DNA of 64,000 nucleotides from Saprospiraceae bacterium (GTDB lineage Bacteria > Bacteroidota > Bacteroidia > Chitinophagales > Saprospiraceae). The position numbers and the translations under genes are program-made. The stretch lies in NCBI GenBank assembly GCA_965222105.1, contig CBDCTQ010000080.1:18638-82637 (forward strand). The letters are read 5' to 3'. The notes beneath the pieces are model-generated. The model was not told where the DNA came from. It did not search any database and worked only from the letters and a program-made list of their open reading frames with translations. Each line of letters opens with the position of its first letter. Position 1 is the first letter of the stretch. Shown here piece by piece: positions 49,916 through 60,812 of the stretch.

Positions 49916-50187
49916 ACCTACCTGCGAACAATTACAACTATCCGGAGCATCACCCTGTAAAGTATTTCTTAACCGGAAGCCCGCCAACAGGCCGGGCAAG
50001 GGCCGTGTTATGCTCATAGCCGGAATGGCATTGTTGTGCCGGTTGTGAGTAGTGGTGGACTTCCACAAAACCTTTTTAATATGAAATCGAATTCCAAATT
50101 CCGACCTTTTTTTAACAAGACTCCTCGTGAAAAGCCATTTATGAAAACACATTACCCCCCCCTTTAATATGTAAGGGGTTTACTTGG

Positions 50188-53100
50188 TTGAAAAAAAGTG
50201 CTTTACTCTGTTTTTTTGTTTGTTTGAATTTTGCAATTCATGGACAGCAATGCGACCTTGACAATTTACGCACACAGGCAGTAGAATTACTTATAACCGA
50301 TGAAAATATCAGTACGGATGAAGCAGGCGAAATAGACAGCTATATCAACAGTCAGAATTCAAATGGGAGTTGGACTGATGTTGATTATGACGATACAGAC
50401 CAAGATGACGATGACCAAGATGATACAAGCTGGGATCCAATTGACCACTTAAAGAGGTTGGTTATGTTTTGCCAAGCATATGCCGACTATTCTGATTTTA
50501 CAGGCTCGGGAGGAAACGCATCTTCTGAAGAGTTGAGAAATGGGATTAATACTGGCCTCGAATATTGGTATGGACCAGCAAATGACAATTCATGCAATAG
50601 TGGCCCTGCAGTTTGTCCTTGTGCTCAATCATGTCCTTGCAGTGAAAATTGGTGGTGGAACTGGATCGGAAAACAACGAGAATTGCAAGATATAGGCATA
50701 TTGTTTTATGATGAATTGGTAAACAACCAAAATTTACTCAATAGCATTATCGGCGATTTACCATTGGACATTGAGAATTGCAGGAATAATTCTGTTTACA
50801 CTGGTGCTAATCTGGTTGATGTAGCGAGTAGTATAATTGTCAACGGGTTGTTGAGCGGCGATGAAACATTAGTTACTGATGGAAAGACTGCATTTGAAAG
50901 CGGATTACAATTTGCCGAAGAAGGTATTCGGCATGATTATTCTTTTCACCAGCATGGGCCGCTGCTGTACAATGGTGGTTATGGGATGTCTTTTCTGGAA
51001 AATGTAGCCTTTTGGGGAGCTGTTTTTACTGGTGACGCAGGCTGCGACTACGATCCGGAAGGTAAAGAAAGATTATTTGAATATGTGCTGCAAGGAACGC
51101 GTTGGATGACAATAGATGATTTAACAGACTATAGTGCTAATGGTAGAGATATTGCGCGTGTGTATCCCAATAACAATGCAGGTGTGGATAAAGACGTCAT
51201 GAAATGGATTATAAAAATGGCTTATCCTGCTTATAATCTTAACGATCCCGATGATCCTCAACCACCTTCTTCTCCAGCAATTGAATTATGGCAAATGAAA
51301 GGGAAAATTGAGGCTGAAGATCGACAAAATATCTCAGGAAGCAAGTACTTCCCCAAATCGGACTATGTTGTACATCACAGGAATGAGGAATCCTTGCCTC
51401 AATATTTCTCATCCGTCAAAATGTGTTCGGGAAGAACCATTGGGACAGAAAGCTTAATCGGGGAAAACAAAAGAGGGTTTTGGCTGCCCTATGGCTGTAC
51501 CTTTGTTTACCTTCATGGAAATGAATATGAAAATATTTTCCCCTATTGGGACTGGATGCATGTACCAGGAGTAACAAGCCCTACTCTTACCACTAACCAG
51601 CCCGACTACCTTCCTGAATTTGAAGGCTGCCAGGGAGAAACACTCATTAGCACCCAAAATACCGAATTTGTTGGGGCGGCAAATAATGAGGATTATAGTG
51701 TTTCGGCAATGGACTATGTGGCCAACTATGACGGAGATGCTGATCCTAACTGGGAGATCGACAATGATGACTGTGTCGACCTTCCTGATAATATAGATAT
51801 AGAAACAGTATCCGGTAAAAAAGCATGGTTCCATTTCGGTGATGAAATCATAGCACTGGGAGCAGATATAGCTACAACTCAAGGTGAAGTACATACCACG
51901 ATCGATCAATCCATTTCTGTCACAAGTTACGATGAAGAGGGTTCCGATGCCTCTACCGAATGGGTGAAACACAACGGTATTGCGTATATTTTACCTAATT
52001 CAACTAACCAGTCCTGGGATTATAGCCTGGAACCAAGACAAGGAAATTGGAATATAATTGGTGATGAAAGTGTTGTTGCCAACGGGGAAGTGTTCAAGAT
52101 ATTCATCGATCACCAAAACATCAATTCTTACTATTACATCATTGCTCCAGGCAAAAGCGGATCTGATTACGATTTAAACAACAACCCGATCACTCTACTA
52201 GAAAATTCTTCAGCCCGCCAAGCCATAAAAAAAGACAACGGCTTGGCAGGAATCGTCTATTACCCCGATAATTTCAACCCTGCTGACCCACTAAATAACA
52301 TACAAGTAACCGACTTTGCTGAAATGAAAACCAATAGACCTTGTGCCTTACTCTACGACGAAAACAAGTATGAAGTGTGTATTTCCTCGCCTGACAGGAA
52401 AGAAGATAGAATCAATTTGACCATCGAAACGACTGATGGTACTACCACTACTATGAGTTTTGAAATGCCAACCGGCCATGAAGCAGGAACTTCCAGATGT
52501 CATTTGTTTTCCGATTTTGGGGTGAGTCAGTCTTGTAATGAACCACATGAACTCCAATTTAACGCTTTATTTCACGACGACGACGGGCCAAATCTAGGCC
52601 ATAGCTGGACCATAGAAGGTGGAGCACTGACCGGTGTGGTAGCCTTTGGCTCCGGTCAATCTGCTCCAATTTTCGACTTTAGTCCTCCTCATACTTTTGT
52701 GGAAGGAGAATATACCATTACCCACACCATAACATTGAATGGTGTAATGGTTACCAGTACGCAAGATATCAACGTCTTAGAAATAGACCATCCCAATGGC
52801 ATTACCGTAATAGCTGCCAATGAAGTTTGGAATGCAAACAACCAGGGATCCTCCGAAATAGTGATAGCAGGAACCCTCACCATTGCTCCCGGTGCTTCCC
52901 TAACCATAGCAGGTGACTTGACCGTGATGTTCTGTGGGGAAAACTCCAGGCTGGTCATTGAACCCGCTCAACTAGCGGGGCCTGGCGGCAAACTTATTCT
53001 AAACGGTACGCTAACCGACTACCAAAGCCAGACCTGGCATGGGGTAGAGGTAGGGGGTCGCTCTTTTGCGAATCATACTTCAACGCTCCATGGCCAATTA

Positions 53101-55146
53101 TTCAGCAATGCCGGGGCCGAAATTCGAAATGCGCGTATTGCCATCCGTACAGGTAAGAGTTTTCCCTCTATTAATCAAAACGGAGGAAAAATACGCTGCA
53201 CCCAAACCACCTTTCTCAATAATGCTCAAAGCATTGTCATCCCGTCTCACAACACGCCCAACTACCAGGGCGATTTCTTCCGTTGCAACTTTGTAGTGGA
53301 TGATGATTACCTGCATTCCTCATTCAGAGACTTTATCCACCTCACCCGCGTGGATGGCATAACCATAAAAGGTTGTACCTTTACCAACGACATGGACTTA
53401 TCCGACATAGCCACCGAAATCAACGACTGGGGCAAGGGCATCAGTGCCTCCGATGCGGGATTTGAAGTAGTGCCCTGGAGTGGGATTCCGAGCCAGGGTA
53501 TGAAAACCAACGTTTTCAACAACCTGGGCTATGCCATCTCGGCCCGTCGTAAGGGTGCCAACCGGAGCTTTAAGGTTCAGCAGGCGGAATTCAACGACTG
53601 CTTCGTGGGTATCCGCAACCGAAATGTCAACGCCAGCGAGATCGTACTCAACACTTTCTACCTGGGAAGGCTGCCACAGGGGGGGCTCGACGTCATCGAA
53701 CCCGTCCAGGAGGTGCTGGGATACCCGGGCACCGTCCAGTCGGGGGTCGTGTACGAGGGCACCATTGAAGGCTTCGAATGTCAGGGAAACAACTTTATGA
53801 ACACCTACCGGGTACCTACCCCCGATCATTTGACGGTAGGGGTTTTCTGCCACAACACGGGTGATATAAATAAGTCGATTCGACTAAATACCTTCGATTG
53901 GCTTAATGTAGGGAATCTGGCTGTGGGAGATAATGGGGCTGACCCAATGTCTCCTGCTCAAGGACTTACTTATCTGTGCAACACCAATACCAACATCCAG
54001 GAAAACGGCTTTGACATCGATGTGGCACAGCAGGATGGCACCACCACTCAAAGCCTGGTACGCTTGGGGCAGGGGTTTGTGGATGATGGTATAGATCGAT
54101 CAGCCGCCAATGTTTTTACGGACCCCGAGAATGCCAGCCCTGCAACTGGTTTTGCTTATTCAGGGCCTGATAATATTTCATATTGGAGATTTGGTAATGA
54201 CCCTGTACCCAGCGATTCGCCTGATGGTAGTGTTTTGCCGGTCGATAAAGCCGAAAACACCTGTCCGACAGAATATTGTTATCCTCCATGTAGCGAACCG
54301 CCTGTCAATATAAACGATGTGAAATCCGAGTACCATTCGACCAAAGCAGCCTATTATTTGGCTTTGGAGGCCAGCTACCAGGCCAATCCCAAACCAGGAG
54401 CAGCCGATTCCCTTTCACGATACCGGTTTCAGATGGACAAAACGGCCTTCACCGTTGTCGAGTATTATTTGGAAGATACCACCAATACTACCCAGGACAG
54501 TCTTTTCGCCTGGATTCGGCACCTGGACAATACCGGCGCGCTTTTGTGGCTGTCGAATGAGTACCTGGCCCAGGGAGACGGGACTTCGGCACTGGCTATG
54601 ATCGATGCCATTCCTGTAAACTATTCGTTGACTTCCGAGCAGGCGGAAGATATTGCAAATTACCGGTATGTTACCAACCTGTTGATCGGAAAAGACCTGG
54701 ATAGTCTGAGCAGCACGGCATTGACCAGCCTGGCAGCCTACGACAAATCAGGTGGTCAGACCGAAATCTGGGTGAAGGGTATACTCACCGACTATGGCTC
54801 GCATTACCCACCCGAGTATTCCTTTACTATTGCCGGAGCAGGCGCTAAACATGCTCCTGAGACGGAAGGTAACGATCAGAAACATATTGTCCCATCTGTG
54901 ATGACGGTGGCTCCTAATCCGGCGAAGGACTATGTACGATTTACTTTAGCACTTGACAACGAAGAGATGGTCCCCTACCTCGAAGTACGGGATTTGAATG
55001 GCAGAGTGGTATACGCTAGAAGCGATTTGGGAAGTGTAGAATCCACTACGTGGTACACCGAAAACCTGCCATCCGGTATTTACTTCTATCAGCTCTTAAT
55101 ACCCGGAGAGGTATTGCAAAGCGGAAAGATCATTTTGACTAAGTAG
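50188..55146 (+). CDS. Giant secreted PL8-like polysaccharide lyase with right-handed beta-helix region and T9SS type A C-terminal sorting domain
   Basis: 1652 aa. TTG start followed by a signal peptide. Acidic Asp-rich tract. DYSFHQHGPLLYNGGYG matches the His/Tyr catalytic region of PL8 hyaluronate/chondroitin AC lyases. The middle has pectate-lyase-like beta-helix repeats. C-terminus KDYVRFTLALDNEEM...LPSGIYFYQLLIPGEVLQSGKIILTK is a type A CTD. Confidence 0.7.
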   Translation: MKKSALLCFFVCLNFAIHGQQCDLDNLRTQAVELLITDENISTDEAGEIDSYINSQNSNGSWTDVDYDDTDQDDDDQDDTSWDPIDHLKRLVMFCQAYADYSDFTGSGGNASSEELRNGINTGLEYWYGPANDNSCNSGPAVCPCAQSCPCSENWWWNWIGKQRELQDIGILFYDELVNNQNLLNSIIGDLPLDIENCRNNSVYTGANLVDVASSIIVNGLLSGDETLVTDGKTAFESGLQFAEEGIRHDYSFHQHGPLLYNGGYGMSFLENVAFWGAVFTGDAGCDYDPEGKERLFEYVLQGTRWMTIDDLTDYSANGRDIARVYPNNNAGVDKDVMKWIIKMAYPAYNLNDPDDPQPPSSPAIELWQMKGKIEAEDRQNISGSKYFPKSDYVVHHRNEESLPQYFSSVKMCSGRTIGTESLIGENKRGFWLPYGCTFVYLHGNEYENIFPYWDWMHVPGVTSPTLTTNQPDYLPEFEGCQGETLISTQNTEFVGAANNEDYSVSAMDYVANYDGDADPNWEIDNDDCVDLPDNIDIETVSGKKAWFHFGDEIIALGADIATTQGEVHTTIDQSISVTSYDEEGSDASTEWVKHNGIAYILPNSTNQSWDYSLEPRQGNWNIIGDESVVANGEVFKIFIDHQNINSYYYIIAPGKSGSDYDLNNNPITLLENSSARQAIKKDNGLAGIVYYPDNFNPADPLNNIQVTDFAEMKTNRPCALLYDENKYEVCISSPDRKEDRINLTIETTDGTTTTMSFEMPTGHEAGTSRCHLFSDFGVSQSCNEPHELQFNALFHDDDGPNLGHSWTIEGGALTGVVAFGSGQSAPIFDFSPPHTFVEGEYTITHTITLNGVMVTSTQDINVLEIDHPNGITVIAANEVWNANNQGSSEIVIAGTLTIAPGASLTIAGDLTVMFCGENSRLVIEPAQLAGPGGKLILNGTLTDYQSQTWHGVEVGGRSFANHTSTLHGQLFSNAGAEIRNARIAIRTGKSFPSINQNGGKIRCTQTTFLNNAQSIVIPSHNTPNYQGDFFRCNFVVDDDYLHSSFRDFIHLTRVDGITIKGCTFTNDMDLSDIATEINDWGKGISASDAGFEVVPWSGIPSQGMKTNVFNNLGYAISARRKGANRSFKVQQAEFNDCFVGIRNRNVNASEIVLNTFYLGRLPQGGLDVIEPVQEVLGYPGTVQSGVVYEGTIEGFECQGNNFMNTYRVPTPDHLTVGVFCHNTGDINKSIRLNTFDWLNVGNLAVGDNGADPMSPAQGLTYLCNTNTNIQENGFDIDVAQQDGTTTQSLVRLGQGFVDDGIDRSAANVFTDPENASPATGFAYSGPDNISYWRFGNDPVPSDSPDGSVLPVDKAENTCPTEYCYPPCSEPPVNINDVKSEYHSTKAAYYLALEASYQANPKPGAADSLSRYRFQMDKTAFTVVEYYLEDTTNTTQDSLFAWIRHLDNTGALLWLSNEYLAQGDGTSALAMIDAIPVNYSLTSEQAEDIANYRYVTNLLIGKDLDSLSSTALTSLAAYDKSGGQTEIWVKGILTDYGSHYPPEYSFTIAGAGAKHAPETEGNDQKHIVPSVMTVAPNPAKDYVRFTLALDNEEMVPYLEVRDLNGRVVYARSDLGSVESTTWYTENLPSGIYFYQLLIPGEVLQSGKIILTK

Positions 55147-55156
55147 TTTCATCAAG

Positions 55157-55195
55157 CCCTGCTGGTTAAACGCCGGCAGGGCATAATTTTTTTGG
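55157..55195 (+). terminator. Rho-independent terminator after the lyase gene
   Basis: gccctgctgg-ttaaac-gccggcagggc hairpin followed by ATAATTTTTTT. Confidence 0.65.
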
Positions 55196-56743
55196 ATATG
55201 GTTAGATGTATGTTCATATTTATATTGTTAATTAATGTTCGGTTAACTGCGCAGCAAGGCTTTATTAAACCTTTTAATTTCGGTTACTCCACAGCTGTAA
55301 CCTTCAACGCCATGATAATGGACGAAGGTGAGTTAATTGTGTGTGGATATGTACGGGATAGTGTGCCTCCCTATCAAACCGGGGCATTCATTTCAAGGAT
55401 TGATACAGCACTGGTCAGGTTTTTATGTTCAAGCCCTATTACGATTCTTCAGGTGTTCACTACATCCCGGGCGAATATCCTGGAGGACTAATAAAGATGG
55501 CAGACAATAGTGGGTATGTATTTGTAGGGAATATTTGGGAGACTGCTGGAGGCTTTATGATGAAGTTTGATTTGGAGGGAAATCGGATTTGGACAAAAAA
55601 TTTGGAAGATAACGTTTCATCACAGGGATATTATCATTTGTTGTTGGAAACAGAAGATGGGCTACTGGTAGGGTGGGAGTAAACAAGAACCAGTTGGAGC
55701 TACTATCGATGGGTTCCTGATGAAAACGAACAAACAAGGGAACAAGCTATGGGAAAAGCAGTTTGGGACAACTTCACAACATGAAACGACCCAAAGTTTG
55801 CTTAAAATCACCGAAAACGAATACATTATAGGAGGAACTATAAGCACTAGTGGACTTCCCTGGAATCAGTGGCATGATCCAACTCCAAATTTTCGCAGTA
55901 GACTCTTTAGGTAATGAAAAATGGTATTGGGAAAGCGATCCGCCCTTTGATGAATGGAGCGTAGAGGACGTGGGGTGTCGGGGCCTGTATCGGGATGGGG
56001 AAGGCAATTGGGTGTATGCTACTATGAGGGGGGAGTTTCAAAATTCGGGTGGATTACTCTATCCGCAAGCAAAATTTATAAAACGAGACAATGAATTCAA
56101 TCTGCTAGAAGAAAAAACTTATGATGACCTGGATGGAGACCGAACTGGCTTCACAAACATGATTCCACTTTTTGACGGAGACTTTTTGATGCTGGGAAAT
56201 AATTACGAATTTTTCGAGTCTTCAAGTACAATACCTTATGTATATGCCTGGATGATTCGGGCTACTGAATCAGGGGATAGTCTGTGGACAAGATACGATC
56301 TGGCTTTTCCTGATACTGGTTCTTTTTCAGAGCAGTATTTACACTCAGCAGTAGAGCTACCAAGTGGAAGTATAATCGCGGCCGGCTATTGGACAGATTA
56401 TAACTCAAACACCTCCGACCACGGCCTCCTCATCAAAGTAAATCAACACGGCTGTATAGATACGATTGACTGTACACCTACCAACTTTCCGAATTTTGTG
56501 TATTCATCTAAACCTACACCAGATTTGAAAATTTATCCGAATCCAGCTCGTCATATTTTACATTACGAGAGTGATCGGGTATCTGAATGGGATCGAGTGG
56601 AGGTGTTGGATATGAATGGGCGGGTGTTAAAGGTGGAATTTGACAACAGTACTACTACAGTTGATGATTTGTTGCCGGGAGTTTATGTGTTGCGGTTGTG
56701 GCGGGGTGGGCGGTTTTGGGTGCGGAATTTTGTTGTTAGGTGA
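55192..56743 (+). pseudogene. Frameshift-shredded T9SS type A CTD protein (beta-propeller-like body)
   Basis: Four consecutive protein-like ORFs in different + frames (55192-55491, 55425-55682, 55720-55914, 55850-56743). The last ends in a type A CTD (KIYPNPARHILHYE...VEVLDMNGRVLKV...LPGVYVLRLW). The first carries a signal peptide. Confidence 0.5.
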
Positions 56744-56996
56744 GGCTTTGCGCGCACCCCATGAAGGGCGAGATGCCTTCATGACAGGCAGCCCCGGCGG
56801 GAGAGCATCAACCCGCAGGGCCACAGAGTAAAATATCAACTATGGCATGCATACTGACGTAAAAAATTGCATGCTGATATTTTGTAATTGCAATGTTATA
56901 TTCTTGCAGGTCTTTCGCAGGTGGCGGTTTCCCACTTATGGCGGGATTAGAGGGCGCGGGTGAGCATCCTACCATCCGCCAATCACCAAGCACTAC

Positions 56997-58319
56997 CTAC
57001 CCCCCAAAATCATCAAAGGCAATATTCTCGTCGGGTACGCCCAGTTCATCCAGTGTTTTGATTACGGAGGCATTCATCATAGGGGGTCCGCAGAAGTAGT
57101 ATTCGATCTCTTCCGGCTCGGGATGTTCTTTGAGGTATTGCTCGTAGCAGACGTTCATGATATACCCTTTGAATCCTTCGCCGTTGGGGTCGTCGATGTT
57201 TTCTTTTATCTTCCAGTTGTCTTCGGGCAGGGGGTTGTCGAGCGCCACGTAGAATTTAAAATTGGGAAATTCCTTTTCGATGGCTCTGAATTCATCGATG
57301 TAAAACAACTCTCTGCGCGTACGACCGCCGTACCAAAAACTTACCTTCCGGTCGCGACACTTCTCGGTGTGAAACAGGTGGAAGAGGTGCGACCGCAGGG
57401 GGGCCATACCGGCTCCACCGCCGATGTACACCATTTCTTTTTTGGTGTCTTTTATGAAAAATTCGCCGTAGGGGCCGGAGATCATCACCTTGTCGCCGGG
57501 TTTGCAACCAAATACATACGACGAACAAACCCCCGGATTGACGGCCATCCAGGTGTTGGCGTTGCGGTCCCAGGGAGGGGTAGCGATCCGGATATTCAGT
57601 TTTACGATGTTTCCTTCGGCGGGGTGGTTGGCCATGGAGTAGGCGCGAAACTGCTCTTCGTCGTTGACCATTTTCAGATCCCAGAGTTTGTATTTATCCC
57701 ACTCCGACTGGTATTTGCCGTCGCCTTCCGGGTCGTTCGGGAGTGGGCGGATGTCGATGTTTTTATAGTCGATGGTTATCTTCGGTACGTCGATCTGTAT
57801 GTATCCACCCGATTCGAAGTCGAGGGTTTCGCCTTCCGGCAATTTGACCACAAACTCTTTGATGAAGGAAGCGACGTTGCGGTTGGAGACCACCTCGCAT
57901 TCCCATTTTTTGATACCGAATATTTCTTCGGGAATGCGGATTTCCATATCGGAGCGCACTTTCACCTGGCAGGCCAGCCGTTTGTTTTCGGCGGCTTCTT
58001 TCCGGGTGAGGTGGTTGAGCTCTGTCGGCAAAACATCTCCCCCACCCTTATCGACGTGGCATTCGCACATGGCGCAGGTGCCTCCACCGCCACATGCCGA
58101 TGGCAGGAAGACGTTTTTGTCGGAAAGAACATTCAACAACGACGACCCCGGCTTTGCCAACAAGGGTTCTCCGGAATTGCCGTTGATGACGATCTTCACA
58201 TCGCCCTGCGGCACCAATTGCCTCCGCGCCATGATCAACATAAACGACAAGGCCATGATGACAGCGCTAAAGACCAGCACCGCCGATATCAAAGTAGAAA
58301 TTGTGGACAATAGTACCAT
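56997..58319 (-). CDS. nqrF: Na+-translocating NADH:quinone oxidoreductase subunit F
   Basis: N-terminal TM helix. 2Fe-2S ferredoxin Cys cluster (CGGGGTCAMCEC). FAD/NAD-binding ferredoxin reductase domain (RAYSMAN...GGGAGMAP). Confidence 0.95.
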   Translation of the reverse strand: MVLLSTISTLISAVLVFSAVIMALSFMLIMARRQLVPQGDVKIVINGNSGEPLLAKPGSSLLNVLSDKNVFLPSACGGGGTCAMCECHVDKGGGDVLPTELNHLTRKEAAENKRLACQVKVRSDMEIRIPEEIFGIKKWECEVVSNRNVASFIKEFVVKLPEGETLDFESGGYIQIDVPKITIDYKNIDIRPLPNDPEGDGKYQSEWDKYKLWDLKMVNDEEQFRAYSMANHPAEGNIVKLNIRIATPPWDRNANTWMAVNPGVCSSYVFGCKPGDKVMISGPYGEFFIKDTKKEMVYIGGGAGMAPLRSHLFHLFHTEKCRDRKVSFWYGGRTRRELFYIDEFRAIEKEFPNFKFYVALDNPLPEDNWKIKENIDDPNGEGFKGYIMNVCYEQYLKEHPEPEEIEYYFCGPPMMNASVIKTLDELGVPDENIAFDDFGG

Positions 58320-58350
58320 TTCGTTAATAATCAGTCAATTAATAATCAAC

Positions 58351-58485
58351 CATGAAAGCCTGCCCCGGACTTGATACGGGGGACTACGCCAGTGAAAGCC
58401 TGCCCCGGACTCGATTCGGGAGCCTGCCCCGAACTTGATTCGGGGGACTAACGCCGTTCACTGCACGTGTCGTTTCGCCTTCATG
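58351..58485 (+). mobile_element. 135-bp MITE/REP-like element with three tandem hairpin sub-repeats, in the nqrE-nqrF spacer
   Basis: catgaaagcc ... cgccttcatg terminal inverted repeats. Three internal copies of gcctgccccgRacttgaty cgggggact, each a 4-7-bp stem-loop. Homologous to 40083-40138. Confidence 0.55.
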
Positions 58486-58500
58486 ACAAGTAATCAATAT

Positions 58501-59106
58501 CTATTTCCCCAGCGCAGCCGGATCGATCCCCATCAAGCTCATAAAAGCGATGCCCATCAGCCCGGTGAGTATAAAAGCCATGCCCAGCCCGCGAAGAGCA
58601 GGAGGTACGTCGGAGTAGCGGATCTTTTCCCGGATGGCTGCAATGGCTATGATGGCCAAAAACCATCCGAAGCCACCACCTAATCCGAAGGCGATGGTTT
58701 CCCCAAAATTGTACTCCCGCGACACCATAAACAACGACCCACCGAGGATGGCACAATTGACTGTGATCAATGGCAGGAAGATACCCAGCGAGTTGTACAG
58801 AGCGGGAGACACTTTCTCGACGATCATTTCCACCAACTGTACCATAGAGGCGATCACCGCAATGAAAAGGATGAATCGCAGAAATGTCAGGTCGATGCCC
58901 AGTAAGCCATCTTCACTGAGGAGGAACTCGCTGATCACCCAATTGATCGGCATGGTGATGCCCAGCACAAATATGACGGCCAATCCCAGTCCGAACGCCG
59001 TTTTTACCGTTTTGGATACTGCCAGATAAGAGCACATACCCAGGAAGTAGGCCAGTACCAGGTTTTCGACAAAAGCTGCTTTTATAAATACGTTGAAAAA
59101 ATCCAT
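58501..59106 (-). CDS. nqrE: Na+-NQR subunit E
   Basis: 201-aa 6-TM protein, NqrE/RnfA family ([25 protein letters not shown]). Confidence 0.92.
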   Translation of the reverse strand: MDFFNVFIKAAFVENLVLAYFLGMCSYLAVSKTVKTAFGLGLAVIFVLGITMPINWVISEFLLSEDGLLGIDLTFLRFILFIAVIASMVQLVEMIVEKVSPALYNSLGIFLPLITVNCAILGGSLFMVSREYNFGETIAFGLGGGFGWFLAIIAIAAIREKIRYSDVPPALRGLGMAFILTGLMGIAFMSLMGIDPAALGK

Positions 59107-59240
59107 TTTATTTGTTTTTTGCTTGCCGCAAAGGCCATAAAGGCAGTTTACTTTTGAGCTTTATAGACAATATATGCACGGAAATTTTGCATAGAGCTAA
59201 GCTGAACCTTCCAAGTTTTCAACCTTGGGAGGTTTTTGAT

Positions 59241-59969
59241 TTAGGAAATATCCACCAGTTTAGGGTTATAGGTCCGGTGAATCCATATCAGGATACCGAT
59301 TACAAACATGGCCGCCGCCGGCAACACCATCAGGTTGTTGTTGGTATACCACCAGAACATAGAGCCTTCGGCAGCGGTGTTGATCATATATTCGGGCGTA
59401 GCGCCAATTATTTTCCATTCGACAGGACTTCCGGCAAAAAGGGAGCCTTTACCAAACACTTCTCTTACAAAAGCTACGATGAGCAGGATGGCGCCATAGC
59501 CCAGCCCGTTGCCCAGCCCGTCGAGAAAGGAGCGCCAGGGTTTGTTGGCCATCGCAAAGGCCTCTAGCCGTCCCATGACGATGCAGTTGGTGATGATCAG
59601 GCCGATGTATACCGACAATTGCTTGTAAATGGGATAGTTGAATCTTTTTAGCGTAAGCTCCACAACGGTTACCAGGGTGGCGATGATGACCAGTTGGACG
59701 ATCATACGCACCTGTTTGGGGATGCGGTTGCGGATGATGGAGGTAAACAAGCTGGAAAATCCACACACGAATACCACCGCTATCGCCATCACCAACGATG
59801 GGTAGACCAACGAAGTAACGGCCAGCGCCGAACAGATGCCCAGCACCTGCACCGTAATCGGATTGTTGTCATTGAGTGGGTCTGTGATCAGCTTCCGCTC
59901 TTTCTTACCAAACAACGGCTCCGATTCTTTTACCTGTATCTTTTCCGCCTGTAATGTTTCTTCTGCCAT
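59241..59969 (-). CDS. nqrD: Na+-NQR subunit D
   Basis: NqrD/RnfE family membrane protein (ITDPLNDNNPITVQVLGICSALAVTS). Confidence 0.92.
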   Translation of the reverse strand: MAEETLQAEKIQVKESEPLFGKKERKLITDPLNDNNPITVQVLGICSALAVTSLVYPSLVMAIAVVFVCGFSSLFTSIIRNRIPKQVRMIVQLVIIATLVTVVELTLKRFNYPIYKQLSVYIGLIITNCIVMGRLEAFAMANKPWRSFLDGLGNGLGYGAILLIVAFVREVFGKGSLFAGSPVEWKIIGATPEYMINTAAEGSMFWWYTNNNLMVLPAAAMFVIGILIWIHRTYNPKLVDIS

Positions 59970-59987
59970 GAAATCATTAATTATTTA

Positions 59988-60779
59988 TTAATAATTATTA
60001 ATTAATTCTCCGAGGGGTTTATCTTTTTTGGTTTTCACTTTATTGAAATAGGGCTCATAATATTTGATACCTCTCTGCAACATTTCGCTGACCCCATCGC
60101 AGGTCACCGTGGCACCGGAAATACCGTCGACACCATGTACATTTCCTTTTTTGGCCTTGCCTTTGGCTACTTTTACCGATTGGTATTCGTCGGTACTGCT
60201 GTATATTTTCTTCTCTTTAAATTGTCGGGAAAACTGAGGGTTGTCTTTGATCTCTGCGCCTAGTCCTGGTGTCTCTCCCTTGTGGTCGAACGAGGCACCG
60301 ACGATGGTGTTCATATCGTCTTTCAAGGCAATATTGCCCCATATTTCGTCCCACAGTCCATTACCACGTACGGAGGTAATGTAGAATTTTTCCTTGCCTG
60401 TGTCAAAAATGTATAGGGGAAGGATTCTTTGGGCCTCCGGTTTTTTCTTTTCCTTGGCCATGTCGATGTCTTCTGGTCTGCCTCCTTTATAACCGGCGGC
60501 GACGATGTCTTTCTCCTCCAGGGAGTTGCCGTTCATGTCAATTGCGATTTGTTCTACGCGGCCGTCAAATATGGAGACGACTTCTTCGTCGGGTATTTTA
60601 TCGGCGTCTTTACCTTCGCCCAGGTGATCGTTGATGGCAGCCAGGATAGCCCGCTTGTTGAAGATCGACTCGTTGATCTTCGACTGGTCTTTCCACATGG
60701 TGTACATACCGGTCAACAATAATGCCACGGCAGCCGTCATAATGAATACAAAACTGTAAATATATCTGGTACTATGCAC
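59988..60779 (-). CDS. nqrC: Na+-NQR subunit C
   Basis: N-terminal TM helix plus FMN-binding domain with GISGATVTCDGV (phosphoester-threonine FMN attachment motif). Confidence 0.92.
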   Translation of the reverse strand: MHSTRYIYSFVFIMTAAVALLLTGMYTMWKDQSKINESIFNKRAILAAINDHLGEGKDADKIPDEEVVSIFDGRVEQIAIDMNGNSLEEKDIVAAGYKGGRPEDIDMAKEKKKPEAQRILPLYIFDTGKEKFYITSVRGNGLWDEIWGNIALKDDMNTIVGASFDHKGETPGLGAEIKDNPQFSRQFKEKKIYSSTDEYQSVKVAKGKAKKGNVHGVDGISGATVTCDGVSEMLQRGIKYYEPYFNKVKTKKDKPLGELINNY

Positions 60780-60812
60780 TTGGCTAAATTTTATCTACGA
60801 TTAATATTAAAT

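Noticed and set aside
57123-58374. 396-aa and 200-aa + strand ORFs
   Set aside because: Antisense to nqrF, which has clear ferredoxin/FAD motifs.
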